This document shows positions 1-8,890 of a stretch of DNA of 12,237 nt, piece by piece. This DNA comes from Candidatus Poribacteria bacterium (GTDB lineage Bacteria; Poribacteria; WGA-4E; UBA9662), in the NCBI GenBank assembly GCA_046582655.1, contig JAYGDX010000350.1:1-12237 (forward strand). The letters are read 5' to 3'. Made by a program: the position numbers and the translations under genes. Positions within the stretch are counted from its first letter, which is position 1, and each line of letters opens with the position of its first letter. Under the pieces are notes generated by a model. The model did not search any database and was not told where the DNA came from. It saw only the letters and a program-made list of their open reading frames with translations.

Positions 1-1376
1 TTTCATCCGTCTTTTCAATAAGCACCCTGACTATGACTATTACTCGTTCTGCCAGGGAGATTCTCTGAACTGGTGCGAGTGTGTACGCTGTCAGAAGATG
101 GGGTCGAATAATGGCGCCAGGATGCTCATTATGTCCAATCGCGTCGCCGCCAAGGTAGCTGAGACGCATCCTGTCAAACGTATCTCCTCTATGCGTATCA
201 AGACACCTTCAATCCGCCCAAGGAATTCATCCAAGGCCACCCAAATCTGAATCCAGTGATCATCTCTATGGGAGTGGATCAGATCAGACCCAAGACAGAG
301 AGTTCCAACTTTCGCCGGCAGGTTGAGAACTGGATGAAGATGCTGCCGCGGGCCTGGTCCTATAACTATTATGGCTGGTACAATGGTCCCTTTCCATTAT
401 TCCATGCGCTGCAGGAAATACGGGATTATTACCGTAGCGCAGGGTTATACTGGCGTGGGGGGAGATGAGTATCTCAGCCGTAACATGGGCACGGATGTTC
501 ATATGTGGTTGTCATTGCGTATGGCTTGGGATGAGGCACTTAAGGTGAACGACCTACTGGATGAGTTTTATCCCACCTATTTTGGTCAGGCAGCCAGCGA
601 CATGTGCTCCACCTATGAGGAGTTGGAGCAACATATGCTTTCGGTGTACGTAGAACCCTATAAACTGGGAGCCGTAGCAATGTACCCAATCGAGAAACTG
701 GATGATTTCCTTGTTAGAGTTGCCTTTGCCAAGTGGAAGGTAACCGATCACACAATTCTAGCCCGCATTGAGCGAGACGAGAATTGTCTTAAGGCCACCA
801 AGTTATGGGCGGAGTTTTGGTCGGCCTTCGGTAAACTCAATCGTACTCGCAGCGGGGATGATTGCCAGCGCGCCACGGAGACAGGAGAATCCTACGTAGA
901 CTTTGTAAGCGACCTTGATGATACTCTAACATTAGGTGGCAGATACCGGGGGGACACCGAACGGACGCTGAAAGAGCTCGCCAGTCCCGGAAGCTACTTT
1001 ACAAAGGCTGGCGTATTCTATTATTGGGATACCCTAGATGCGGGTGGCAAGAGCTTCCAAGCCAAGAGCTACTCTGGGTTCATCGCTGGGCCCCTTGGCC
1101 TATATCTTAAGCCAAGTGCCACTGGTGAGATTATCTACGATATGCGCGCGGGCCGAAGGGCTGAGTTTCAAAACTGCGCGCTTGCCCGTGCCTGGTGGTC
1201 CGCACGGATGGGATGTGACAATACGTCTGGGACTGCCAGAGGACGGACACAACAAGATTCAGATCTCCCTTGACCAAGGTCAGACGTGGATCACCGCCTA
1301 TGAGGCCATAGAGCCAAGCCGCAGGTCTGGCTCTATGGCCTCACTGATTACGTTGCCGGAAGCAATCAGTTCTTGA
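1..1376 (+). pseudogene. DUF4838-like (glycoside hydrolase-like TIM barrel) protein, 5' end outside window, about three frameshifts
   Basis: Frame 2 from nt 2 reads FIRLFNKHPDYDYYSFCQGDSLNWCECVRCQKM...SNRVAAKVAETHPVKRI. It shifts at ~185 to frame 1 (LYAYQDTFNPPK...WSYNYY...IRDYYRSAG) and at ~440 to frame 2 (GYTGVGGDEY...MWLSLRMAWD...YFGQAA). A third shift to frame 3 is probable at ~1150 (AEGLSFKTARL...QISLDQGQTW, stop 1376). WCECxxC, YAYxxxxxPP and LxxxxxWD are motifs I recognise from DUF4838 proteins. Confidence 0.7.
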
Positions 1377-1471
1377 TCAAGAACTGGGTACAGAACTCCA
1401 AAGAAGAAATACTAGGGATGGATTCTTGGGTAATAGCTGGCACAATAGAATAGGTGGCTGAGCTGAAAAGC

Positions 1472-1577
1472 TTTGTGAAGGCGTCGTCGAACTCAATATC
1501 TTTAACGCGAATTCGAGCCTCAAGTTGTTGGACTTATTTCGGCATTCTATCACGATTGCTGTCTTGGGGTAAAGTGG
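1472..1577 (-). repeat. Dispersed promoter/TIR-start repeat, copy A (promoter part plus internally deleted TIR codons)
   Basis: 1523-1577 matches 6626-6680 at 44/55 nt by hand. The minus strand continues ctcga|attcgcgttaaagatattgagttc..cgacgccttcacaaagct (S-R-K-D-I-E-F-x-R-R-L-H-K-A with 1-nt indels). Confidence 0.85.
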
Positions 1578-2024
1578 TGGTTCAGTCTAAGCCTGCAATG
1601 CACATACCAACCCAACAAAGACCACAATAACTGGTCTCTAAACCATGCCATTCCTTTCACTATGAGAATCTTACTTCACTATATCATATGCTCCATAAGC
1701 TGAGTGGATACTGTACTTATACCTTTCCCCTAGCACACTTCGTGCTATATCCATCCCATCTGTAGTTGACCATACTTTAGCCCTACCTGAAGTGTGACTC
1801 ACTAACCCACAAAACCTATTAACTGAAGGCCGATCTCTCTGAGCAGGAACTGCCTTTTTTTGCCCAAAATTAGGAGGATTAACTGTGTTGAATATAGGTG
1901 GCATCACTCTCACTTTTAACCGACCCAGTGAGATAAATGGTGCGCCGATAGGTACGCTACTCCAGGTTGGATCTAATAACCAGAAGACAGGCTACTTTTT
2001 ACAGACCATTTGTTTCACATATTA

Positions 2025-4499
2025 TTAATGCGGTATTCCCAACTGATGCATCCGCCGGTGAATTGCCTTGCGTGCTTCAAGGAAGGGACGTTCCAGATAG
2101 GCGATGTGGTCATTCTCGCCATGATGATGGGTCACTGTTCCGGAGGTATGCAATGCGGCAGTCTCACGGATGTATGTCAGGTTGCCATCAATCAGCGTGA
2201 GCATGTATTGCGCGGTGTCCTTGTCGAACATCCACCACTCTCCGCCACAGGCAATATAAATCGGCGACGTATGCGCGAAGATGCCACGCCCCCAACCGTC
2301 ATGATGCGGAACGCTGCTGTAGTTGGGACCGCCACATCGTGCTGCCAGCCAAGTATGCCCACTCACTTTCACCGGTTCCTTCAACGCCAGTCGCCGCGTA
2401 CCATTACTATCTTCTGTTGAAGCAACCACATGTCCATTTTGAACGATTTCGAGTGTGTGAATTGGGAAAATGCTCTCCGCCCATGCAGCGACCTCCACTG
2501 TGCCATTCCCTGACAGTTGCATGGTATCGCCGACATTGTGTCCATCAACCGTGAGATGAATGATGGGACCACCACTAAGAAATGTCCGTCCCTGCGATAC
2601 ACTATTACACCAGTTGTCATAGTTGAATTCTTCACCGGACAGATAAGCATAGGTGCGATAAATCCCAACAGGTACATCGCTGCTCATCTTATCCGTACCG
2701 CCAACGAGAGGTAGGCGATAACCGCAGTTGAGGTAGCGGTAATATTCGAGGTGGTTGAATGGAGCATGGCGTAGCATCTCCACTCCGTCTACACGACCGG
2801 TTGCAATCAATGCGGCGGGTTCACCATTCGGGTTGGGCAGGTGAGGAATGATAACTGTGCCGCCTTGAGCATGAGTTTGGTCTGCCCAATCGCTCATCGT
2901 GATTTCTAACGTCCCGCCAAGCTCAGCTTCATCAGGACCGTCGCTGCACCACGGCATCACTGGATCTGTTAGGCCCCAGAGGATGAGGTGCCCCAAAAAG
3001 TGCTGTCGATTCTCCTGACCAACATAAACAATGTTGTTACCATCCTGCGAGATACTTGGCCGGCCGGTGAAATCCTCCGCGTTTGTGAACAGGTTTCCCC
3101 ACTGCGATGGCAGGAGGTTGACGATATTGAGATCTTCCCCCTGTGACTCTGTATGGCTGCCTTGCGCGGAAAGAAAATGAACATGAGAGTCACCGCTGAA
3201 CCAGCCCTGATCATTCATGTGAATCCAGCGTTTGAGGCGCAAGGTTAGTTCGCGTTGACCCGGTTCGATGTTCACCCGCGTCCTCAGCGGCTCGTACTCA
3301 AATCCTCGTGCGATGTCCACAATGACCTCACCGCGCGGTAGCCACCCCTGGCAGCGACCGTCAATGTAAGCGTAAGTGATTTGTCCCAGCCGAAGATCGC
3401 CGCCCACGTCAATATGCCATGAACCGAGATTGGAATTCACCTGATTGTGGTGACCATGTGGTTGATAAGGAATACCTTCGGGCGAACGAAAGTGAACACG
3501 GCAGGGGACAGGCTTGCCCGTGTCGTCGTCGAGGACGGTGACATGCACCCAATTCCGTCCACGGTCTAATAGTTCTACGCGCATTCGTGGTGTCTCGACT
3601 ACCTTCGCCTTCTCAACATCGCCCCATTTGACCTCGCCAACCTTTTCTTCGCCCTGCTTCACCGTCACCGTTGCCGATGGGAGGGCGGCGACTTCGACGT
3701 AGGCGGGGCTGGATTTGGGATTCTGCACCTCTCCCCAACCGGTGAAATCGTCATTGATAAAATCATCGGGGGATGCTTCAGGCAGCGAGTAGACGTATGT
3801 CGCTACGCCCCTGTCCACTTCCACCTCGAGATCTAACGGCTTCTCTGCGTCTTCAGGATGAGTGAGAATTAAGCGTACCTCACGTTTCCCCTGTCGGACG
3901 AAGGGGTGCTCGTCGAGATGCGACAGCGTGACCCCAGCGATAAGGAAACGTGGCCCCTTCGGGACGATCTTTAACGATTCGATCTGTTGGTCTGGCTGTG
4001 GATTTTCCCAAACCCACAGATAATAGCCGCGGGACGTACCACGTGACACTTCGGTCTGACGACGCCCCATCTGCTCCCAAGTCCCTTCATAACGCGGCAT
4101 CAGTATGTCATTCTGATCAGGGAGCGCGCGGAATGGGGCGCCACCCCTAGAAAGATCCGAAATTTCAAATCGTTCGTGGATGGGAACACACACCTGGTCG
4201 CCACCCGATAAGTGGAACACATAATCTGCTACAGGCTTCCCTAATGGGCCACCCTCCATCAGATTAGAATCAAGTAGGCGATGTGCCATAACGACACGCT
4301 GTGCGGATTGATCGATAGGAATGGTAATATTTTCGGATGTGCTGTCGAAGGCAATGAAACATTTCGATTGGTCTGAGCCCACCAGGAACGGCAACCCACG
4401 AAAGGTTTGGCTGCCAATCGGTGCGTGCGAGTCATCGCCCAATACATCAAGTCCCGCGTTGCACAATGCCGACAAATCGAGAGGTTGATAGTCTACCAT
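2025..4499 (-). CDS. CehA/McbA-family PHP-like metallohydrolase, 824 aa
   Basis: Long uninterrupted ORF with RBS AAGGAG upstream. It has the GWFSGDSHVH metal-binding motif, GQENRQHFLGHL, GGTVIIPH, GGTDKM, GRTFLSGGP and a C-terminal AHTSPIY. Substrate cannot be inferred. Confidence 0.8.
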   Translation of the reverse strand: MVDYQPLDLSALCNAGLDVLGDDSHAPIGSQTFRGLPFLVGSDQSKCFIAFDSTSENITIPIDQSAQRVVMAHRLLDSNLMEGGPLGKPVADYVFHLSGGDQVCVPIHERFEISDLSRGGAPFRALPDQNDILMPRYEGTWEQMGRRQTEVSRGTSRGYYLWVWENPQPDQQIESLKIVPKGPRFLIAGVTLSHLDEHPFVRQGKREVRLILTHPEDAEKPLDLEVEVDRGVATYVYSLPEASPDDFINDDFTGWGEVQNPKSSPAYVEVAALPSATVTVKQGEEKVGEVKWGDVEKAKVVETPRMRVELLDRGRNWVHVTVLDDDTGKPVPCRVHFRSPEGIPYQPHGHHNQVNSNLGSWHIDVGGDLRLGQITYAYIDGRCQGWLPRGEVIVDIARGFEYEPLRTRVNIEPGQRELTLRLKRWIHMNDQGWFSGDSHVHFLSAQGSHTESQGEDLNIVNLLPSQWGNLFTNAEDFTGRPSISQDGNNIVYVGQENRQHFLGHLILWGLTDPVMPWCSDGPDEAELGGTLEITMSDWADQTHAQGGTVIIPHLPNPNGEPAALIATGRVDGVEMLRHAPFNHLEYYRYLNCGYRLPLVGGTDKMSSDVPVGIYRTYAYLSGEEFNYDNWCNSVSQGRTFLSGGPIIHLTVDGHNVGDTMQLSGNGTVEVAAWAESIFPIHTLEIVQNGHVVASTEDSNGTRRLALKEPVKVSGHTWLAARCGGPNYSSVPHHDGWGRGIFAHTSPIYIACGGEWWMFDKDTAQYMLTLIDGNLTYIRETAALHTSGTVTHHHGENDHIAYLERPFLEARKAIHRRMHQLGIPH

Positions 4500-4633
4500 G
4501 AAATAGCTCCTTTCGGTTGCTAGGTATCTGTATAATAGCAGTACTAACTCAAGTTAAAACCTTGTCGCTTCAATAAATCGTACTATGTATTGTGTAACAT
4601 GTTTTACGTTTCACTTTTTCTGATTTGCCTGTC

Positions 4634-4666
4634 ATTCTGGCACTTGACCGTTTCTGTGTCAAGTGC
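4634..4666 (-). promoter_or_regulatory. Putative sigma70 promoter for the 824-aa gene with overlapping 9-bp inverted repeat (candidate operator)
   Basis: Minus strand has TTGACA (4662-4657), a 17-nt spacer ending TGC, then CAGAAT (4639-4634). A perfect IR gcacttgac (4640-4648) / gtcaagtgc (4658-4666) covers the -35 and spacer. Confidence 0.5.
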
Positions 4667-4829
4667 TGTTTCCCCTCGATTTATCTCTGCTTTGGATTAC
4701 CACATAATGGCTAGTTACCGCAACGAGGGCAGATTGACAGGGCTCACGACCTCTGGCTTCCAGTTCTTGGTGCAGTCGTTGTGCAAACTGGATATCTTTA
4801 CACGAATAGGAGATGAAGACGTCGGCCAT
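4659..4829 (-). pseudogene. Truncated TIR-domain N-terminus as a 56-aa ORF (repeat copy B; homology spans 4733-4842)
   Basis: MADVFISYSCKDIQFAQRLHQELEARGREP|CQSALVAVTSHYVVIQSRDKSRGNST*. The first 30 aa match TIR box 1 and helix A (DVFISYSxxD...L...L...G). Homology stops just before the expected W-x-D. Confidence 0.85.
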
Positions 4830-4870
4830 ATCAGTTAACCTTCAGCAGTACAAGTGCTAAGCTTGCAGAG

Positions 4871-5109
4871 TTATTGATCAAGAATCATCTGAAGCATATG
4901 CTGAACCTGTTGCGTACCTAGCATCTGTCCTACCATAGTTTCGACATGCACGCCTGATGTTAGTTCTAATGGTATAGGCAACTTATTCATATTGCGAGCA
5001 TAATCTATGATCTGATAAACAGCTAGGTTTTTATTTACCCTTCGCCCAAATTGGGATTCGGACGTTCGTTTATGCTCCATAAATGAAAATGTGGGTCACA
5101 TACCTTCAT
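4871..5109 (-). pseudogene. Amidohydrolase_2 family 5' fragment, frameshifted and truncated
   Basis: GGAG RBS, then ATG at 5109: MKVCDPHFHLWSINERPNPNLGEG (DxHxH). After a frameshift at ~5040 it continues VNKNLAVYQIIDYARNM...SGVHVETMVG (DY...VHVE pattern). It ends after ~80 codons. Confidence 0.75.
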
Positions 5110-5133
5110 ACAAATACTCCATGTATTGACGAT

Positions 5134-6555
5134 TTAGGCAACGCCCCATCCTTTATACAGAGCAGGATTGGCAAACTCCTGTCCTAACTCAAGAAAACCA
5201 CGAGGTCCTCGCTGACCATATTCAAATGGATCATGCGTTCCCTCCATCCAACGATGAAGCCGTTCCTCCATTTCTTCAAGCGCAGGCCGTGCCTCTGTAG
5301 CACCAGCTAGATTGACCATCTCCAAGGGATCTTCTAACCGGTCGAACAACCATGGCCCACGCTCGTTAGCATACCAGCGCGCATACGTCCATCGCTCGGT
5401 GCGCACCCCACGCCAACGCCCAACCCATCCATCACGATTGGGCCAACCGTGCGCCATATTTTGGAGATAAATCGAATCTGATCCTCCAGGAGTAAGCTCG
5501 GTATCCTCGGGTACGCCTTCTCCCCGCCAGACCCCCGAGATATCACGGCCTTGTAGCCCCTCAGGCAACGGTATACCACATGCTCCGATTAATGTTGGCA
5601 TAATGTCAATCGCACCAAAAAACGCATCGCTTCGCGTTCCAGCCTCAATTACATTCGGCCAACGGACTACAAAGGGGACATGAACCGATTCTTCATAAGG
5701 TGTTGCCTTAGATGCCCGCATCGATTCAGGCATCCAGCTATCAGAGGGTTTGCCATAACCGTGACTCGACAGATGATCACCATGATCCGATGTGTAACAA
5801 ACAATCGTATTATCCTTAGCTCCAAGGCGCTCCAATGCCTCCAACAACCGTGCCATTTGCGTATCAAGTCCGGTACAGCACCCATAATAATCCGCAATTT
5901 CCTGTCGCGCAAACGCCTCCATCTGTTTAGGCACATTGCCAGGTACCTCTATATCTGCCAGATCGTATATAGAATGTTCATCGGGATATTGCTTATACGG
6001 CCAGTGCGGTGGTCTCCACGACACGAACAAAGCAAAGGGATCATCCGGCCGCGCATCCAAATGCCTCTCCATAAATCGAATTGCCAGATCTGTTTCTACC
6101 TCGGGTGCCCAACCGTCGAAAAAAGTATGACCGTTTTCATTCTGATAATAACTCCGATTAAAATATCCCCCTCCACCGTGCAAGGCTGCCAGATAATCCA
6201 ACCCATACCGATCCTCCTCAGGGTATGGGCCTTTACCCAGGTGAAACGTACCCACATGCGCTGTGCCATATCCATGTTGGCGTAAGGTGGCTGGCAATGT
6301 TGGTATATCTTTGCGTGGGCAGTATTCATTGTCAATCACAAGATTCTGCCAGCCATATCGTCCAGTCAACAAAATTGCCCGATAAGGCGAACACAATGGA
6401 TGATTCGAAAACATGTTATCATACACCATACCCTCTGTAGCCATTGCATCCAAAACTGGCGTTTGGATTACATCGTTACCATTGGCCCCAAGGGCGGAAT
6501 ACCGCTGCTGATCAGAAAATACGAACACAATATTTGGATATTGAGTTTGGCTCAC
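5134..6555 (-). CDS. Sulfatase (formylglycine-dependent, Cys-type); likely start GTG at 6555
   Basis: PNIVFVFSDQQR, active-site CSPYRA (CxPxR), LLTGRY, PPHWP, YTSDHGD and YEESVHVPF are present. An AGAGGA RBS precedes GTG 6555 (the ORF track start at 6576 has no clear RBS). No obvious signal peptide. Confidence 0.93.
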   Translation of the reverse strand: MSQTQYPNIVFVFSDQQRYSALGANGNDVIQTPVLDAMATEGMVYDNMFSNHPLCSPYRAILLTGRYGWQNLVIDNEYCPRKDIPTLPATLRQHGYGTAHVGTFHLGKGPYPEEDRYGLDYLAALHGGGGYFNRSYYQNENGHTFFDGWAPEVETDLAIRFMERHLDARPDDPFALFVSWRPPHWPYKQYPDEHSIYDLADIEVPGNVPKQMEAFARQEIADYYGCCTGLDTQMARLLEALERLGAKDNTIVCYTSDHGDHLSSHGYGKPSDSWMPESMRASKATPYEESVHVPFVVRWPNVIEAGTRSDAFFGAIDIMPTLIGACGIPLPEGLQGRDISGVWRGEGVPEDTELTPGGSDSIYLQNMAHGWPNRDGWVGRWRGVRTERWTYARWYANERGPWLFDRLEDPLEMVNLAGATEARPALEEMEERLHRWMEGTHDPFEYGQRGPRGFLELGQEFANPALYKGWGVA

Positions 6556-6625
6556 TTTGGTTCCTCTTAACATCATTTATTTAATGGAGCGGTTTAAACA
6601 GACATCCCAACTTATTACACCAATG

Positions 6626-6719
6626 AGTTGTTGGACCAGCTTAGGCATTCTATCACGATTACCGCATCGGGGTAAAGCGGCAGGGGGCGCTGTCATTAAT
6701 TGGGGCTGACAAATCGTGC
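6626..6719 (-). repeat. Dispersed repeat copy C (promoter portion only), facing the sulfatase
   Basis: 6626-6680 matches the reverse complement of copy D at 49/55 nt with a 2-nt gap. A weaker extension (aattggggctgacaaat vs aattggggttggcgaat) runs to ~6719. Confidence 0.88.
6647..6655 (-). promoter_or_regulatory. Extended -10 motif TGaTAGAAT in repeat copy C (also at 1544-1552 on minus and 8632-8640 on plus)
   Basis: TGnTAGAAT is invariant in the three copies that retain this part. TTTACC lies about 18 nt upstream as a possible -35. Confidence 0.55.
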
Positions 6720-6918
6720 GAATAGCCCTAAAAGTGGAGGTTTACAGTGTAAGTCAGATTCTTAGTGGAAGGCTTTATCGCAAGAGTGATAGGATATTCT
6801 GCGGTAAGGCACTAGCCTAGGCCAGCATAGCTGTAGTTGATTGTGCCCGTATCTGGTGTTTGCTATCCTTTGCCAGCGTTATCAAAATCGTCGCCAGCGT
6901 TTTGGATCGCGTTTCAAT

Positions 6919-6983
6919 CTGATCGCTTCTATTTATTATAACCTTGAACTTAAACTCAAATCCTGATTTATGCAGGAGGTCTA
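6919..6983. repeat. ~65-bp direct repeat, left copy (flanks Gfo/Idh/MocA gene)
   Basis: ctgatcgcttctattta(tta)taaccttgaacttaaactcaaatcctgatttatgcaggaggtcta; 4 mismatches and one 3-nt indel versus 8089-8150. Confidence 0.95.
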
Positions 6984-6998
6984 CTAAAGCATTTGGGG

Positions 6999-7997
6999 TT
7001 AAAGCTGAACGATACTGCCAGTGCGTGAAGATTCATAAATGGCAGTAAAAATCGCGACCGACTTCCTCCCTTCTTCACCACTGACCATTATAGGCTGCCC
7101 GTCAATAATCGCACCGACCATATCCTCAATAATATTTTCGGGAAAATCGGTTTCGATTTCAACTTGATCGATGGTTGCTTCTTCTTGCCCTTCGATCATC
7201 AATTCTATGGCTCCTGACTTATCCATCGTAATAGTGCCTTTACTACCGTTGATTTGTAGCGTAGTTCCCAAACTGGGATAACTGCAAGTGGTGGTCTGTA
7301 TCATGCCAAAAGCACCACTTTCAAAAGTCAAGATGCCGACTGAACAGTCCTCTGTCTCGATCTCATGGTTGAACGTGCCACATCGACCTTGCACTGTTTT
7401 GACATCGCCCATAAACCATTGGAGTTGGTCGATCGAGTGTACGCCTTGATTGGCCGCTGATCCGCCTTCAGTACTTGACCGGCTTCGCCAGCCCGGCGGC
7501 CATCCTCCATCATAGTAAGACTGACTCCGGTACCATTTCATTCGTAAATCGCCTAGAATGATATTGCCGATCAGACCATCTGCAACTGCTTGTCGGACCT
7601 GATGATCGGTCTTTCGGTAACGGCGAATAAAATCAACCGCCAGAACTAAATTGGCTCTTTTGGCAGCTTCAATCAAGCGGTCACATTTATCTAAGTCGAT
7701 GTCCATCGGTTTGGTTACGAAGACGTGCTTGCCGACGGCGATTGCTTGGTTAGCAAAATCGGCGTGCGTACCACTAGAAGTATAAACACCAATTGCATCA
7801 ACATCATCTCGTGCCAACATTTGGTCGTATGAAGTTGTCCAGTCACAGTCCAGTTCTTGTGCTGTGACCTTGACCTTCTCTTCTTGCAAATCACACACAC
7901 AAACCAAATTAGCGCCAGCTGTTTGGATCGCTGTTTGTGCCGCTTTTCGGCCACGACCCAAGCCCAAAATGCCAAACCTCACCTCTTTAGCCATCAT
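6999..7997 (-). CDS. Gfo/Idh/MocA family NAD(P)-dependent oxidoreductase, 332 aa
   Basis: VRFGILGLGRG Rossmann start, GKHVFVTKPM (variant of the EKP motif), GGSAANQGVHSID and a C-terminal AIYESSRTG. AAGGA RBS. Confidence 0.93.
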   Translation of the reverse strand: MMAKEVRFGILGLGRGRKAAQTAIQTAGANLVCVCDLQEEKVKVTAQELDCDWTTSYDQMLARDDVDAIGVYTSSGTHADFANQAIAVGKHVFVTKPMDIDLDKCDRLIEAAKRANLVLAVDFIRRYRKTDHQVRQAVADGLIGNIILGDLRMKWYRSQSYYDGGWPPGWRSRSSTEGGSAANQGVHSIDQLQWFMGDVKTVQGRCGTFNHEIETEDCSVGILTFESGAFGMIQTTTCSYPSLGTTLQINGSKGTITMDKSGAIELMIEGQEEATIDQVEIETDFPENIIEDMVGAIIDGQPIMVSGEEGRKSVAIFTAIYESSRTGSIVQL

Positions 7998-8088
7998 AGA
8001 ATTCCTTATTTCAATCGAATAATCAATACTGACTAATTAGTAGCAATAATCAGCACTAATGTTAATCGACCAAAATTATAACACGAGA

Positions 8089-8150
8089 CTGATCGCTTCT
8101 ATTTATAATCTTGAACTTAACCTCAAATCCTGATTTATGCAAGAAGTCTA
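8089..8150. repeat. ~62-bp direct repeat, right copy
   Basis: ctgatcgcttctatttataatcttgaacttaacctcaaatcctgatttatgcaagaagtcta; matches 6919-6983. Confidence 0.95.
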
Positions 8151-8442
8151 GTAATAACAAATCCTCATTAGCACACACTTTAACTAGAAATGAACAATTA
8201 AAGTTTCACGATCAGGAATATCTGACCTTGACCCCGTATTATATAAGACTGAAAAACATGATGGTATACTTACTGAATTGGCTCGAGATGTGAGAGTGCT
8301 TTTATTTAAATGAAACAATGCTCGAAGTGAGTATAAATAAAATTCTGTATTGCTCAATCCCGCCTCCTGCTACGAATTTCAAACTCGTATTCGGAAACGA
8401 TCGTGTACAGGGTATCGGAGGTGCAGACTAATCCCTACTAGT

Positions 8443-8550
8443 TGGTGTCCCCTCTATGTAAGGCTACACTCATCTGCATAGCACTCCATCCTATCTATCA
8501 TCCAGAAGAGTGTAGACTGAGATAGACGGGGCTGCCACGAGTCGACTCGT
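8443..8550. other. Long imperfect hairpin followed by a perfect 14-bp palindrome
   Basis: ctacactcatctg (8464-8476) pairs with cagaagagtgtag (8503-8515) at 12/13. An outer stem pairs cccctctat with atagacgggg. The palindrome acgagtcgactcgt is at 8537-8550. Confidence 0.55.
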
Positions 8551-8569
8551 CTTTTGTCATTGTGTGCCT

Positions 8570-8765
8570 GCATTATTCGCCAACCCCAATTCCTACCAGC
8601 AAACCCGCTTTTTACCGCAATGCGCCAATTGTGATAGAATGCCTAAGCTAGTCCAACAACTTGAGCCTCAAAGGGCAACTGATATGATCAATGCATTCAT
8701 TTCCTATTAGTGTAAAGATATAGAGTTCACTCAACGCCTGCATCATGAACTAGAAGCCAGAGACC
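8570..8765 (+). repeat. Dispersed repeat copy D, the most complete (promoter, leader, TIR start with nonsense codon), inverted relative to the other four
   Basis: tgatagaat (8632-8640) ... gtccaacaacttgagcctcaaagggcaactgat, then ATG at 8684: MINAFISY*CKDIEFTQRLHHELEARD. TAG at 8708 corresponds to TCG in copy B. Confidence 0.9.
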
Positions 8766-8890
8766 TATTGATTCCAGTGGTGACAGTATCAGGTTTAGAA
8801 CTCAAAATTGCGCTCTTTTTATTGCTTTTGCTTTCAACTGTTTATTGAGCCTCAGCTGGGTTTATATTATTTTAAAGTAGGGACGTAACC

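Noticed and set aside
1671..1913. 80-aa minus-strand ORF
   Set aside because: No recognisable motif or clear RBS. It may be another remnant but cannot be assigned.
4590..4838. 82-aa plus-strand ORF with hydrophobic N-terminus
   Set aside because: It is antisense to the TIR fragment and promoter region, has a TTG start and no clear RBS.
1967..6440. Numerous short ORFs overlapping or antisense to the metallohydrolase and sulfatase (e.g. 2010-2420, 5680-6285)
   Set aside because: Shadow ORFs of real genes with no independent family motifs.
6872..6901. 9-bp direct repeat gccagcgtt twice
   Set aside because: Too short and isolated to interpret.
8111..8430. Short frames in the AT-rich spacer (60-aa ORF 8111-8293 and other open stretches)
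   Set aside because: The ORF starts inside the direct repeat and no family is recognisable.
4733..8765. TIR copies as the TR/VR pair of a diversity-generating retroelement
   Set aside because: Differences are not adenine-specific, they lie at a gene 5' end, and there is no reverse transcriptase in the window.
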